DNA of 57,621 nt, from assembly GCA_001000545.1 (NCBI GenBank), contig LCOC01000004.1, forward strand, positions 1-57,621, given 5' to 3'. The stretch is from Parcubacteria group bacterium GW2011_GWA2_47_21 (GTDB lineage: Bacteria > Patescibacteriota > Minisyncoccia > Phycocordibacterales > DSPV01). Both the position numbers and the translations under genes were made by a program. The notes beneath the pieces are model-generated. The model made no database searches. It was not told the origin of the DNA and was given only the letters and a program-made list of their open reading frames with translations. Below are positions 1-8,518 of this stretch, one piece after another; positions within the stretch are counted from its first letter, which is position 1; each line of letters opens with the position of its first letter.

Positions 1-792
1 AAGGCAAATCTTCTGCAGTTTAAAGACGAAAAGTTTGACAGAATTTACCACCTCGCGGCTTGGACCAAGGCCGGCGATTTTTGCCTCTATCATCAAGGCG
101 AGCAATGGATCATCAATCAGCAGATTAACACCAATGTTTTATGGTTTTGGAAGGAATTTCAATCGCAGGCGGTTTTGGTTGCGATGGGCACGAGTTGCGC
201 TTACCCTCAAGGGGAGATGAATCTGAAAGAGGAAGATTATATGGCTGGCGAACCGGACAAAGATTTGTACACGTACGCCATGACCAAGCGAATGCTTTAC
301 ACTGGTTTGCTAGCCCTCAATCATCAGTTTGGTTTTAAGTACCGGTATCTCATTCCTTCTACACTCTATGGAACTTTGTTTGAAAAGCACGACCACCATT
401 TTATTTTTGACTTAATTGCAAAGATTCATGCCGGAAAAACGGAAGGTAAGGATGTGGTTTTGTGGGGGACGGGTCAGCAAGTTCGGGAGCTTATATATGC
501 GCCTGACGCGGTTAGATTAATTGATGCCGCGGTCAATCGGCAAGAGAGTGACATTCTTAATCTCGGAGTAGGCAGAGGCTACACCATTCGGGAATACGCG
601 GAGATGATTTGCAAAATCATCGGCTATGATCACCAAAAAATAAAGTATGATACCACGCACCCATACAGTGGTATGAAGAAGCGTGTGCTTGATACTTCTA
701 AAGTAAAAAAACTTTTTCCTGATTTCAAGTTTACCTCTCTAGATAAAGGGATTGAAGTTACTGTTGATTACTACCTGTCAATTTATAGATAA
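1..792 (+). CDS. GDP-L-fucose-synthase-like NAD(P)-dependent sugar epimerase/reductase (5' end outside window)
   Basis: Frame 1 is open from nt 1 (KANLLQFKDEKFDRIYHLAAWTKAGDF...), so ORF-track 175..792 is only the C-terminal part. It has the extended-SDR catalytic YxxxK (YTYAMTKRM) and a VVLWGTGQQVRELIYAPD block typical of GDP-fucose-synthase-type 3,5-epimerase/4-reductases. Confidence 0.75.
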   Translation, partial: KANLLQFKDEKFDRIYHLAAWTKAGDFCLYHQGEQWIINQQINTNVLWFWKEFQSQAVLVAMGTSCAYPQGEMNLKEEDYMAGEPDKDLYTYAMTKRMLYTGLLALNHQFGFKYRYLIPSTLYGTLFEKHDHHFIFDLIAKIHAGKTEGKDVVLWGTGQQVRELIYAPDAVRLIDAAVNRQESDILNLGVGRGYTIREYAEMICKIIGYDHQKIKYDTTHPYSGMKKRVLDTSKVKKLFPDFKFTSLDKGIEVTVDYYLSIYR

Positions 793-801
793 GATTATCG
801 T

Positions 802-829
802 TTGACTTCCATAGAGCGTTAAATATACT
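802..829 (+). promoter_or_regulatory. sigma70-like promoter candidate TTGACT-N16-TATACT
   Basis: TTGACT at 802-807, a 16-nt spacer, TATACT at 824-829. The ATG at 836 lies only 6 nt after the -10 box and has no Shine-Dalgarno, so a leaderless start is possible. Confidence 0.25.
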
Positions 830-835
830 TGTGTG

Positions 836-1309
836 ATGAAAGAAAAGAAATCTGGTGGAAAAATACAATTATTCAATCCCTCCTGCAACCTAAACACCAT
901 TAAGGATGGCCGCGGAGCCATTTTCTCATTCGTGCCGGACGTGCCGATTGTAGAGTGGACGCATCAGTTTATCAAAGCTGGTAAAGCGCGCGGCAATCAT
1001 TGCCATCCTGAATTTGACGAATATATTATGCTTGTCGACGGCGCGGGAGTTGAAGTTGAAAAAGACACGAAAACCGACAAGGAGCATTTTATTTACATGA
1101 ATAAAGGCACCTGCATTTTTATTCCCAAAGGCACCTATCATGTTTTTTTAGCTATTAGCGATTGCCAGTCAGTTTCTTTTTTGACGAAGCGTTGGGATGA
1201 TTGTAAGCGACCTATCGTTCATGCTGACTTAGGACTTGGAAGTGGCGATCATGGCGATCCAAAAAGCGTCTACTTCAAAACTCAAAATAAAGACAGCAAA
1301 CATGTTTGA
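836..1309 (+). CDS. cupin-fold sugar-nucleotide epimerase/ketoisomerase-like protein (RmlC/FdtA/WxcM-like)
   Basis: DGRGAIFSF, GKARGNHCHPEFDEYIMLVDG and IPKGTYHVF are cupin barrel/His motifs. ATG at 836 chosen over GTG at 833. Confidence 0.55.
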   Translation: MKEKKSGGKIQLFNPSCNLNTIKDGRGAIFSFVPDVPIVEWTHQFIKAGKARGNHCHPEFDEYIMLVDGAGVEVEKDTKTDKEHFIYMNKGTCIFIPKGTYHVFLAISDCQSVSFLTKRWDDCKRPIVHADLGLGSGDHGDPKSVYFKTQNKDSKHV

Positions 1310-1315
1310 AATAGT

Positions 1316-2317
1316 ATGCCAGTTAGATTTGGAATCATCGGTTGTTCGAGAGTAGCCATGCGGCGGTTTCTGCCGGCGTTGGTTTCGTCGCCTCTGGCCA
1401 AGTTAACTTTTGTTGGCAGCCGCGATAAAAAAAAAGCCAAGCAATATGCCGAGGAATTTGGGGCGCAAAAATTTGGCAGTTATGAAGATGTCTTGGCAAG
1501 CAAAGAAGTGGATGCCGTTTACATTTCCACCCCGCCTCTTTTACACGCCGAGTGGGTTAAAAAGGCAGCTAGCGCTGGCAAGCACATAATTTGCGAGAAA
1601 CCATCCTTTCCAGATTACGAGACAACTTCGGGAATTATTTCTTTCTGCCGCGGGGCCAGCGTGCGTCTATTTGAGAATTACGCTTTTTTGTATCATCCCC
1701 AACACAAAGCGGCCCGCGAGCTATCCAGTCGCGTCGGCCAGGTTTCCTCAATTGAAGCGGTATTTTTGTATCCCAACCCGCCCGGGGGAGATATCAGGTG
1801 GCGACCGGAACTCGGCGGCGGAGTTTTCCATGATTCTTTTGGTTATCCGATTGCCACCGCGCTTCATTATTTCGGCGAGTTGCCGGAATCAGTAGAGTGC
1901 ACTCTCACCGTTGATCAGTTGCACCAGATTGATACCGCCGCTAAACTAGGTCTTTCTTGGGGTGATGGGAGACAAGCCGCAGGTAGGATAGCCATGGGCG
2001 AGGAAGGTTATTCTTCGCGTTATATTTTGCGGGGCCAAGATGGTCAGGTAGAAGTATGTCGGGCCTTTGCCGTTGATAGCGATAAGCCGACGGAAATTGC
2101 GTTTGAAACCGGTGATAAAAAAGAAATTATCCAAGTTAAGCCGGCAAGCCAGTTTCAGCTTGCCTTGGAGGATTTTTGTAAAACTATAGTTGGCGAAGTC
2201 CGCCGGCTCTTTGAGGACGATATTTTGGCTCGGGCCGCTGTTAAGGAGGCGGCCCTACGCTCCGCAAGGGCTGGTAAGCCGGTATTTCTTTCGGAGATAG
2301 GTTTTAGGAAAAAATAA
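1316..2317 (+). CDS. Gfo/Idh/MocA-family NAD(P)-dependent sugar oxidoreductase
   Basis: N-terminal Rossmann strand VRFGIIGCSRVAMRRFLPAL and the family EKP motif (HIICEKPSF). 333 aa. The 3' end overlaps the convergent kinase gene by 14 nt. Confidence 0.8.
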   Translation: MPVRFGIIGCSRVAMRRFLPALVSSPLAKLTFVGSRDKKKAKQYAEEFGAQKFGSYEDVLASKEVDAVYISTPPLLHAEWVKKAASAGKHIICEKPSFPDYETTSGIISFCRGASVRLFENYAFLYHPQHKAARELSSRVGQVSSIEAVFLYPNPPGGDIRWRPELGGGVFHDSFGYPIATALHYFGELPESVECTLTVDQLHQIDTAAKLGLSWGDGRQAAGRIAMGEEGYSSRYILRGQDGQVEVCRAFAVDSDKPTEIAFETGDKKEIIQVKPASQFQLALEDFCKTIVGEVRRLFEDDILARAAVKEAALRSARAGKPVFLSEIGFRKK

Positions 2318-3284
2318 TCTGCGAGCCCGGGGCGTTGATTTTTATCGGTAAGACATATTTGGGCGAAAAGGTCTTCTTAAGACGCGAGTGAACCTTTGGG
2401 TCGGCAAAGAAAAGTAAGAAACCTCCCCCGCCCGCCCCCAAAAGCTTTCCGCCCCAAGCCCCCGCGGCCAGCCCTTTCTTATAAAGCTTGTCTATCCTTC
2501 CATTTGAAACCCCGCCGTCCAGTGAACGTTTTTTCTCCCACGCTTCGTTTAGAAGCTCGCCAAACTTCCGAAGCGGTTTCCCGTTCGTTAAAATCTCGTA
2601 GCCGTCATAAGCCATTTTTTTCATAGCTCTTAAGGCGGGGATGTTGTCCTTGACTTTCTTAAGTTGGTGGGCCGTAACATCCGAGGCGTTTCGGACTATA
2701 CCGGTGTAGACCAGAAACAAATGATTTTCCAAATTTGCGAGCCGTTCAAGGGAAAGTGGCACACGATGAACATGAAAGTCCTGTTCCGTCCTAAACTCAA
2801 TTAAATTAAATCCGCCAAATGCCGCTGCCACCTGATCTTGGCAGCCGACTTTGGCTTTAACGCGGTGTTTTTCCACAAAGATTGCTTCGCGTGCCAATTC
2901 CTTCGGGGTTAAGAATCTTTTTTTAAAACTCATAAGGGCTTGGAGAGTGGAGACAACCAGCGACGATGATGAACCAAGTCCACTGAGTGCGTGAGTGTCA
3001 AAGGCGCTATGGAGAGCAATGTCTTTTTCAATTTCCGCGTGTTTGAGGCATTCTCTGAAGATATTGTGTTCTACCTCATCTATTTTTTTCGCCAGTTCCA
3101 CGCTGCTGTAGGAAAGCCGAATGGCGTACTCGTACATATGGCTGGGAAAGTAATTGGCGGTAGTGTACACGAATTTATCAATCGCAGTGGAAAGCACCGC
3201 GCCGCCCTCTTCAAGGAAAAACTCGGGGTGGTCGGTGCCGCCACCAAAAAAACTTATGCGAACTGGCGCTCTGGCGATTATCAT
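2304..3284 (-). CDS. GHMP-family sugar kinase, D-glycero-alpha-D-manno-heptose-7-phosphate kinase (HddA)-like
   Basis: N-terminus MIIARAPVRISFFGGGTDHPEF, GHMP motif II SGLGSSSSLVVS, C-terminal GAGGGGFLLFF. Confidence 0.8.
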   Translation of the reverse strand: MIIARAPVRISFFGGGTDHPEFFLEEGGAVLSTAIDKFVYTTANYFPSHMYEYAIRLSYSSVELAKKIDEVEHNIFRECLKHAEIEKDIALHSAFDTHALSGLGSSSSLVVSTLQALMSFKKRFLTPKELAREAIFVEKHRVKAKVGCQDQVAAAFGGFNLIEFRTEQDFHVHRVPLSLERLANLENHLFLVYTGIVRNASDVTAHQLKKVKDNIPALRAMKKMAYDGYEILTNGKPLRKFGELLNEAWEKKRSLDGGVSNGRIDKLYKKGLAAGAWGGKLLGAGGGGFLLFFADPKVHSRLKKTFSPKYVLPIKINAPGSQIIFS

Positions 3285-3308
3285 TGGTGAAAAATAATAC
3301 TAAATCGT

Positions 3309-3410
3309 GAATTACGAAATGCAAAATTTTAGGTCCTCGGGTCGTAAAATCCCTAATTCTTAAAGGAGATTTTGCTCAACCGGACCATAAAATTTTGCGT
3401 TTCGTAATTC
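3309..3410. repeat. long imperfect palindrome (about 28-nt arms) in the hddC-like/hddA-like spacer
   Basis: Left arm gaattacgaaatgcaaaattttaggtcc (3309-3336) pairs with ggaccataaaattttgcgtttcgtaattc (3382-3410) with few mismatches. It shares the 14-mer aaatcgtgaattac (3302-3315) in inverted orientation with 38121-38134. Confidence 0.7.
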
Positions 3411-3416
3411 AAAGTA

Positions 3417-4151
3417 CTAAACATAATTTTTTATAAGACCGTTTTCAAACATCTCATTGGCCATTTTGTAGCGCTCCGGTACGCCGATGTCTATAAATAT
3501 GTCGTCGGTTTCAAAACCAAAACAGTTGTGTTGCCAAAGAGTAGGGAAGAGGTCATTTTCAAGAGAAAATTTCTGCTCCTTTGGCAAGAGTTTGGACACC
3601 GCGCTGTCAAAAAGGTAAGTGCCGGCGTTAAGGGGAAGCTCTTCAGGTTGGTCTTTCTCGGTTTTAAGTCGCCAGCCGATCACTCGTTTGGTTTCGTCAA
3701 TTATGACAACATTACCGCCACTGCCGACATAACGGCGGGTTAAAGCCATGGACATAAGAGCATTTCTTCGTTCGTGGAATGTTCGGAGGAGCGCAAAATT
3801 TGGACGGTAAACCGTGTCGCCGTTCATGACGAAAAAGTGCCTGGCATCGCCCACATAATCAAGCGCCTTCTTTAACGCGCCGCCGGTTCCAAGCGGCTCT
3901 TCTTCTTCAGATAAAATAACTCGATAGTTGTTTTTTTCAATGTGTTCTTTTATGTGTTCTTTCAAATATCCGACGCTTAGAATTATTTTTTCAAAACCGG
4001 TCTTAATAAACATCCCAATAATAATATCAAGCAAAGTACTGCCGCCAATCGGGGCGAGTACCTTAGGTCTGTTTTTCAATACAGCTTGTATTCTCGTGCC
4101 CAAGCCGCCGCACAGCACGATTACCGGTATTTCTTTTAATGATTTGCTCAT
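3417..4151 (-). CDS. sugar-1-phosphate nucleotidyltransferase, heptose-1-phosphate guanylyltransferase (HddC)-like
   Basis: VIVLCGGLGTRI nucleotidyltransferase signature, EEPLGTGGAL, 244 aa, directly upstream of the HddA-like kinase on the same strand. Confidence 0.8.
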   Translation of the reverse strand: MSKSLKEIPVIVLCGGLGTRIQAVLKNRPKVLAPIGGSTLLDIIIGMFIKTGFEKIILSVGYLKEHIKEHIEKNNYRVILSEEEEPLGTGGALKKALDYVGDARHFFVMNGDTVYRPNFALLRTFHERRNALMSMALTRRYVGSGGNVVIIDETKRVIGWRLKTEKDQPEELPLNAGTYLFDSAVSKLLPKEQKFSLENDLFPTLWQHNCFGFETDDIFIDIGVPERYKMANEMFENGLIKNYV

Positions 4152-4465
4152 CGCGGATTAAGCATAGCCGAAAAATAGGCCGCTGAAAATTTGACAGGTT
4201 ACCACGACTACTCATTTACCGGCCGATTGGCTGAAAGCTATCGTGATGTCACGTTACACGCTGACTCATGCATCATACTTACTGATGCAACTATGGATGA
4301 TCGTGGTGGGGAAAGAGCTGAATTCGCCGTGGGTAGACTCATAATTCCAAAAGGACAACTACAGGCACTTTCAATAGAGGAGGATAGCACTTCGCCACCC
4401 ATCTTGCCGGCAGGCAATCAAACGGCGTGACTTGTTGGGTATTCCGGTAAAATTTAGTTTCTATA

Positions 4466-4495
4466 AACCTCGAGATGGTACCCCCGAGGTTTTTT
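4466..4495. terminator. A-tract/stem/T-tract hairpin, probably a bidirectional terminator
   Basis: aacctcg (4466-4472) pairs with cgaggtt (4485-4491) across a 12-nt loop. T6 follows on the + strand and an A-tract precedes it. It lies 13 nt beyond the stop of the minus-strand epimerase gene. Confidence 0.5.
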
Positions 4496-4507
4496 ATTTG
4501 GATGTGT

Positions 4508-5446
4508 TTAGATATTTGAGTATGGGTTGCTCCGGAGAATTGTGTAGCCCTTGATGAGTTCAGCGATACCATCGTCAAGGGACCATTTTGGTTTGAATCC
4601 TGTTTTGGCGATTCGGGCGTTGGAAATAATGTAGTCGCGTTTGTCGGGGTCTTCACCGATCGGCGCTTCAAGGTACACAAATTTCGGCAGATGTTTTTTG
4701 ATCGCCGCAGCCAATTCCAGTTTTGAAAGATTGGCGTCATCGAGTCCCACATTGTAAGACCCCCCCTTCATTTTTTGAAAATTTTTTATTCCGTGAATAA
4801 ATACCCGGACGACATCGCGAATATGAATATAATTTCTTTTAAAGTGACCCTCAAAGATAACGAGCGCCCGATCGGTAACGGCGCGGTATACGAAGTCGTT
4901 GACCAGCAAATCTAGCCGCATTCTAGGCGACATGCCGAACACTGTGGCCAGCCGAAAGCTCAAGCTGTTTTCTCTCTGGAGCACCACTTCTTCCGCTTTC
5001 ACTTTTGTAATTCCGTAAAGAGAAATCGGCCTAAGGGGAGATTCCTCGGTGCAGAATTTTCCTTTCTCGCCGATACCGTACCCGCTGTTGGTTATGGGAA
5101 TGAGGACTTTCTGGTTTTTACTGGCCAATTTGCAGAGCATTTTTACCGCTTCAAAGTTCGTCGTCTCGGCGGCAATTTTATTTTGGTCGCAAAGCGGCGC
5201 GCCGACAAGCGCCGCCAAGGGGATTATTATGTCGGCGTTTTTAAGAAGCGGCTTTACGATTTTTTCATCGCGGCAATCGCCGCGCACAACATTGAAATTT
5301 TTGTACTGACAACAATCCGCCAAACTGTTTTGACGGAACATAAAATTATCCAGAACAGTTACTCCATATCCTTCCTCTAGAAGCGTTGGCGTCAAAACAG
5401 ACCCTATATAACCCGCCCCACCTGTGATAAGAATTTTTTGCGCCAT
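4508..5446 (-). CDS. NAD-dependent nucleotide-sugar epimerase/dehydratase (extended SDR)
   Basis: KILITGGAGYIGS Rossmann motif and YGITK (YxxxK). Start trimmed from 5482 to the ATG at 5446 (MAQKILITGG). Confidence 0.85.
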   Translation of the reverse strand: MAQKILITGGAGYIGSVLTPTLLEEGYGVTVLDNFMFRQNSLADCCQYKNFNVVRGDCRDEKIVKPLLKNADIIIPLAALVGAPLCDQNKIAAETTNFEAVKMLCKLASKNQKVLIPITNSGYGIGEKGKFCTEESPLRPISLYGITKVKAEEVVLQRENSLSFRLATVFGMSPRMRLDLLVNDFVYRAVTDRALVIFEGHFKRNYIHIRDVVRVFIHGIKNFQKMKGGSYNVGLDDANLSKLELAAAIKKHLPKFVYLEAPIGEDPDKRDYIISNARIAKTGFKPKWSLDDGIAELIKGYTILRSNPYSNI

Positions 5447-5486
5447 AGTATTCTTGGAGAATAACACAAAAAAAGGTCGCATCCCC

Positions 5487-5514
5487 TTGCTATTTTCTAT
5501 TATTCATGTATTAT
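5487..5514 (+). promoter_or_regulatory. sigma70-like promoter candidate TTGCTA-N16-TATTAT
   Basis: TTGCTA at 5487-5492, a 16-nt spacer, TATTAT at 5509-5514. It points into the + strand two-gene cassette. Confidence 0.3.
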
Positions 5515-5671
5515 ACATTGCGGTAAAGTTCTTCACAACAAAACAACAAGACGTATAAATATGTCTAAAAAACCGGAAATTCGGTATCTCATTTCTCGGA
5601 GCGAGCAGAGCATTTTCACCGAAATTTACTTCCCCAAAAGAGCAACATACTAGGGCACTATCTTTGACGCC

Positions 5672-6352
5672 TTGCGTAATGGTTATAAAGAGACGGTAGT
5701 CAGAAAATACATGGAAACTAATGTGCCGGTACTACTTGAGGAGTACCGAGCTTATCTCGCGCTCTTTGACCCGAATGATTACACAACAACGCGAAGAGTA
5801 ACCACCCCCGTTTCCGCTGATAAAGCGCGCGAACGCATCAAGATGTATCGGTCGCCATTTAAGGGCTGGTCCACTTATAGTGTGGATGGTGTTTTCTTTG
5901 ACGAAAAGAATAAGATGTACGAGGAAGCAGTCCAGGTGGTGCGCATCATGTTTCGGTTCCAAAGTTCTTTCGCTCCCGTAGCGGAAAAATTAGGATTTAG
6001 TGATGTCCCGCGGTGCATTCTAGTGTGGCTCATTACCCGACAAGGGCGACTGGCTAGCCACAAAATGTGGTTTGAAAGCGAGAAACGGCTCTTCATAGCA
6101 AGTCAGCCGCCGCTTTCCAAACGCAAACGCGCCTTTGTGGAACAACACTTCACTGGCATCGCCAAAGAAGCGAATAAGTGGATTGATGACCGTGGACTTT
6201 TTCTCTTTGGTTACTTAGTCCACAAGTTTGCGGATAAAGTGCTTGCCGAACAGCTTTTCGAAAAAGAGATTTGGGCGACCAATCTCTTCAACCAAAACCT
6301 TATCGTTACCAGCCGTGTTGGAAACGATACAAATCGCATAACCCAGAAATGA
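5672..6352 (+). CDS. hypothetical protein, no recognisable family
   Basis: 226-aa ORF on the strand opposite to the flanking sugar genes. The ORF-track start is TTG and the first ATG is at 5711. An in-frame 30-codon ORF (5561-5653, MSKKPEIRYLISRSEQSIFTEIYFPKRATY) sits upstream, separated only by a TAG. Confidence 0.5.
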   Translation: MRNGYKETVVRKYMETNVPVLLEEYRAYLALFDPNDYTTTRRVTTPVSADKARERIKMYRSPFKGWSTYSVDGVFFDEKNKMYEEAVQVVRIMFRFQSSFAPVAEKLGFSDVPRCILVWLITRQGRLASHKMWFESEKRLFIASQPPLSKRKRAFVEQHFTGIAKEANKWIDDRGLFLFGYLVHKFADKVLAEQLFEKEIWATNLFNQNLIVTSRVGNDTNRITQK

Positions 6353-6362
6353 AAGGAAAAGT

Positions 6363-6662
6363 ATGATTCATCCCAAAGTCAAAGCACTCGTTCAGGAAGT
6401 GTTCAGTTGGTTTGGCGAAGAAGAAGGCAAGCGCGCCGGAGAATATCCGGAAGCTTACCTAGTATCTTTGTTGGAAGAAATCCAAGAAAGACTACCTGAG
6501 GTGTCGGCAATGCTCGACTCAACGGTTGATATGGCGAGATTCGGCTTTGATACGGAAAGATTCAAAAACACACTCGCCAAAATGCAAGTGGAAGAAAAGT
6601 CCCAGCATCGCGTCAATAAAGGACAAACCAAACGCCGGCGTTTGAAAAAAGCTAGCGCTTAA
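6363..6662 (+). CDS. hypothetical small protein (acidic body, basic KRRRLKK tail)
   Basis: 99-aa ORF 10 nt after the previous stop, with an AGGAAA-type RBS (gaaaggaaaagtATG). A hairpin terminator follows. Confidence 0.5.
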   Translation: MIHPKVKALVQEVFSWFGEEEGKRAGEYPEAYLVSLLEEIQERLPEVSAMLDSTVDMARFGFDTERFKNTLAKMQVEEKSQHRVNKGQTKRRRLKKASA

Positions 6663-6682
6663 CCTCTTGTTGTGTTCTTTCA

Positions 6683-6711
6683 AGCCCTGTTCAGTTGGAC
6701 GGGGCTTTTTT
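6683..6711 (+). terminator. rho-independent terminator candidate
   Basis: agccctgt (6683-6690) pairs with acggggct (6699-6706) across an 8-nt loop, followed by a T-run. Confidence 0.5.
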
Positions 6712-6717
6712 ATTCCA

Positions 6718-7701
6718 TTATTTTTTATCCCCGCGGGTCATGTAATCGGCAAGATTGGCTTCGGCAAAATCCAAATTACTTTTCCACCAATCAATTGTCT
6801 TTTTGAGTCCTTGGCGAAGTGTGTGTTTTGGCCGCCAGCCGAGTTTTTGCCGAGCAAGCGAAATATTACCCGACATTTTCATAATTTCATTTTCCCGCAT
6901 CGGCACCGCGCCAAAAAATGGTTTTACTGGATTGCCCATCAAGTCAAGTGTTTCGGTTACAATCTCTTTTACCGGGACGCCAACGCCTGAACCGATATTA
7001 AGGATGGAACCATCAGCGACATTTTTCGTAGCGGCAAGCATAAGTGCGTCTATAATGTCGTCAATATAAGTTGGGTCTCGTTCTTGCGTGCCTGATGTTA
7101 GGGAGAGGTCCTTGCCTTTGAGCGCGGAGAGGATGATGTTGGGGATTAAACGCGCTGGATGTTCCCACGGCCCGTACGGTAAAAAGAAACGAAGTTCAAC
7201 GGTTGGCAGTCCATACACTTCGGCGTAAGTTCTTACAATCGTGCTCGTCGCCGCTTTGGCGGCGCCGAAAATTGTGTTAGGGGTAAATGGGGAATTTTCT
7301 TTTAAATTATTACCGGAGCCATAGACCGCTGCCGAGCCAGTATAAACAAACCGTTCTGGTTTTTGCTCCCGCAATGCCTCCAGTAAATTGATTGTACCGA
7401 TGCAGTTTACCTCAATGTGTTTTTGGGGCGAAGTAGCCCATGAAGTAGATGCGAGATGAAATACCAGATTCGGCTTGACTCGCTTAACCGTGTCTTTGAT
7501 AGCCGTGGCGTCAAGTACATCACCTTTAACCAACCGGACTTTCTTTCCAAGGTTTTTAAGCCGCACTAAATCTGGTGCCGGCAAAGAAAATACCGTAACT
7601 TGATAACCTTCCTTTATCAAGCGGTGAACTAAATTAATTCCAATTGCCCCCGCGCCGCCTGTAACGAGTGCCTGTTTTGCTGCTGTTGTTTTGCTAGACA
7701 T
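6718..7701 (-). CDS. NAD-dependent nucleotide-sugar epimerase/dehydratase (UDP-glucuronate decarboxylase / 4,6-dehydratase-like extended SDR)
   Basis: ALVTGGAGAIGINLV Rossmann motif, YGAAKAA (YxxxK), 327 aa. Confidence 0.85.
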   Translation of the reverse strand: MSSKTTAAKQALVTGGAGAIGINLVHRLIKEGYQVTVFSLPAPDLVRLKNLGKKVRLVKGDVLDATAIKDTVKRVKPNLVFHLASTSWATSPQKHIEVNCIGTINLLEALREQKPERFVYTGSAAVYGSGNNLKENSPFTPNTIFGAAKAATSTIVRTYAEVYGLPTVELRFFLPYGPWEHPARLIPNIILSALKGKDLSLTSGTQERDPTYIDDIIDALMLAATKNVADGSILNIGSGVGVPVKEIVTETLDLMGNPVKPFFGAVPMRENEIMKMSGNISLARQKLGWRPKHTLRQGLKKTIDWWKSNLDFAEANLADYMTRGDKK

Positions 7702-7720
7702 GAAAATCCTTTAGTTTTAA

Positions 7721-8518
7721 TTATTCGCCACCGGCAACCGTGATAATTTGGCCGGTCGTGAAATCGCTGGCGCTTGAGCAAAGAAAAAGCGCAAGATGGG
7801 CGATTTCTTCTGGATTGCCCGCGCGGGCCAAAGGAATCATCCTTATTCTTTCCCGATTTTTTTTCTCGCTGTAGCCCACAAACTTTGTATGCATTGGTGT
7901 ATTGATGTTACCACAACGAATCGCGTTGACGAGTATATTATGCTTCGTGCCCTCTTTCGCGAATCCGAGCGTTACGGCTTCAAGGGACGCTTTGGAGGAA
8001 TAATAGTGCATGATGTTTGGGCTCGCATACTTAGTTGCATTAGTACTGATATTAATGATTCGTCCCCACTTTTGCCGAGTCATATTGGCGAAAGCTTTTT
8101 GAGATAGGACGAACGATGCCTTGGCGTGCAACGCAAACATATCATCCCAGTTAGTTTCAGTGAGTCTACTAAAATGTTTGTACTCAAGAATCGCTCCGGC
8201 GTTATTGATAAGGATATCAATGCCGCCGAATTTATTTATAAATTTTGAAATAAGGTTTGCCCTGACATTTCTTTGCAGCAGGTCTCCTTTAAAAAGTTCT
8301 CCTTCGCCGCCCGCCGATTTGATTTCTCGCAAGACATTTAAGGCTGAATTTTTAGAATTTCGATAGTGTATGCCGATTTTAGCGCCGTGTAGCGCGAATA
8401 ATTTGGCCATTGTAGCTCCAATACCAGACGAGGCGCCGGTTATAAGCACCCGCTTGCCGCTGAGAGAATCATATGGAGACAGCGCCGTATTTTTCTTTAA
8501 ATTCTTTGAATGAGCCAT
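7721..8518 (-). CDS. classical short-chain dehydrogenase/reductase
   Basis: VLITGASSGIG, NNAG and YSSSKASLE motifs. The ORF-track N-terminal extension to 8752 overlaps the upstream gene, so the start is trimmed to ATG 8518 (MAHSKNL). This still overlaps the upstream stop by 50 nt. Confidence 0.8.
   Translation of the reverse strand: MAHSKNLKKNTALSPYDSLSGKRVLITGASSGIGATMAKLFALHGAKIGIHYRNSKNSALNVLREIKSAGGEGELFKGDLLQRNVRANLISKFINKFGGIDILINNAGAILEYKHFSRLTETNWDDMFALHAKASFVLSQKAFANMTRQKWGRIINISTNATKYASPNIMHYYSSKASLEAVTLGFAKEGTKHNILVNAIRCGNINTPMHTKFVGYSEKKNRERIRMIPLARAGNPEEIAHLALFLCSSASDFTTGQIITVAGGE

Noticed and set aside
4191-4430. 79-aa + strand ORF between two minus-strand sugar genes.
   Set aside because: TTG start that doubles as a -35-like TTGACA, no RBS, no motifs. 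It overlaps another equally weak antisense ORF (4339..4752).
5651-5653. Alternative genetic code (stop-codon reassignment) suggested by the in-frame TAG.
   Set aside because: All recognisable conserved genes in the window (secA, eno, gatB, obg, murB and others) are intact and end at standard stops. There is no in-frame TGA or TAG inside conserved domains.
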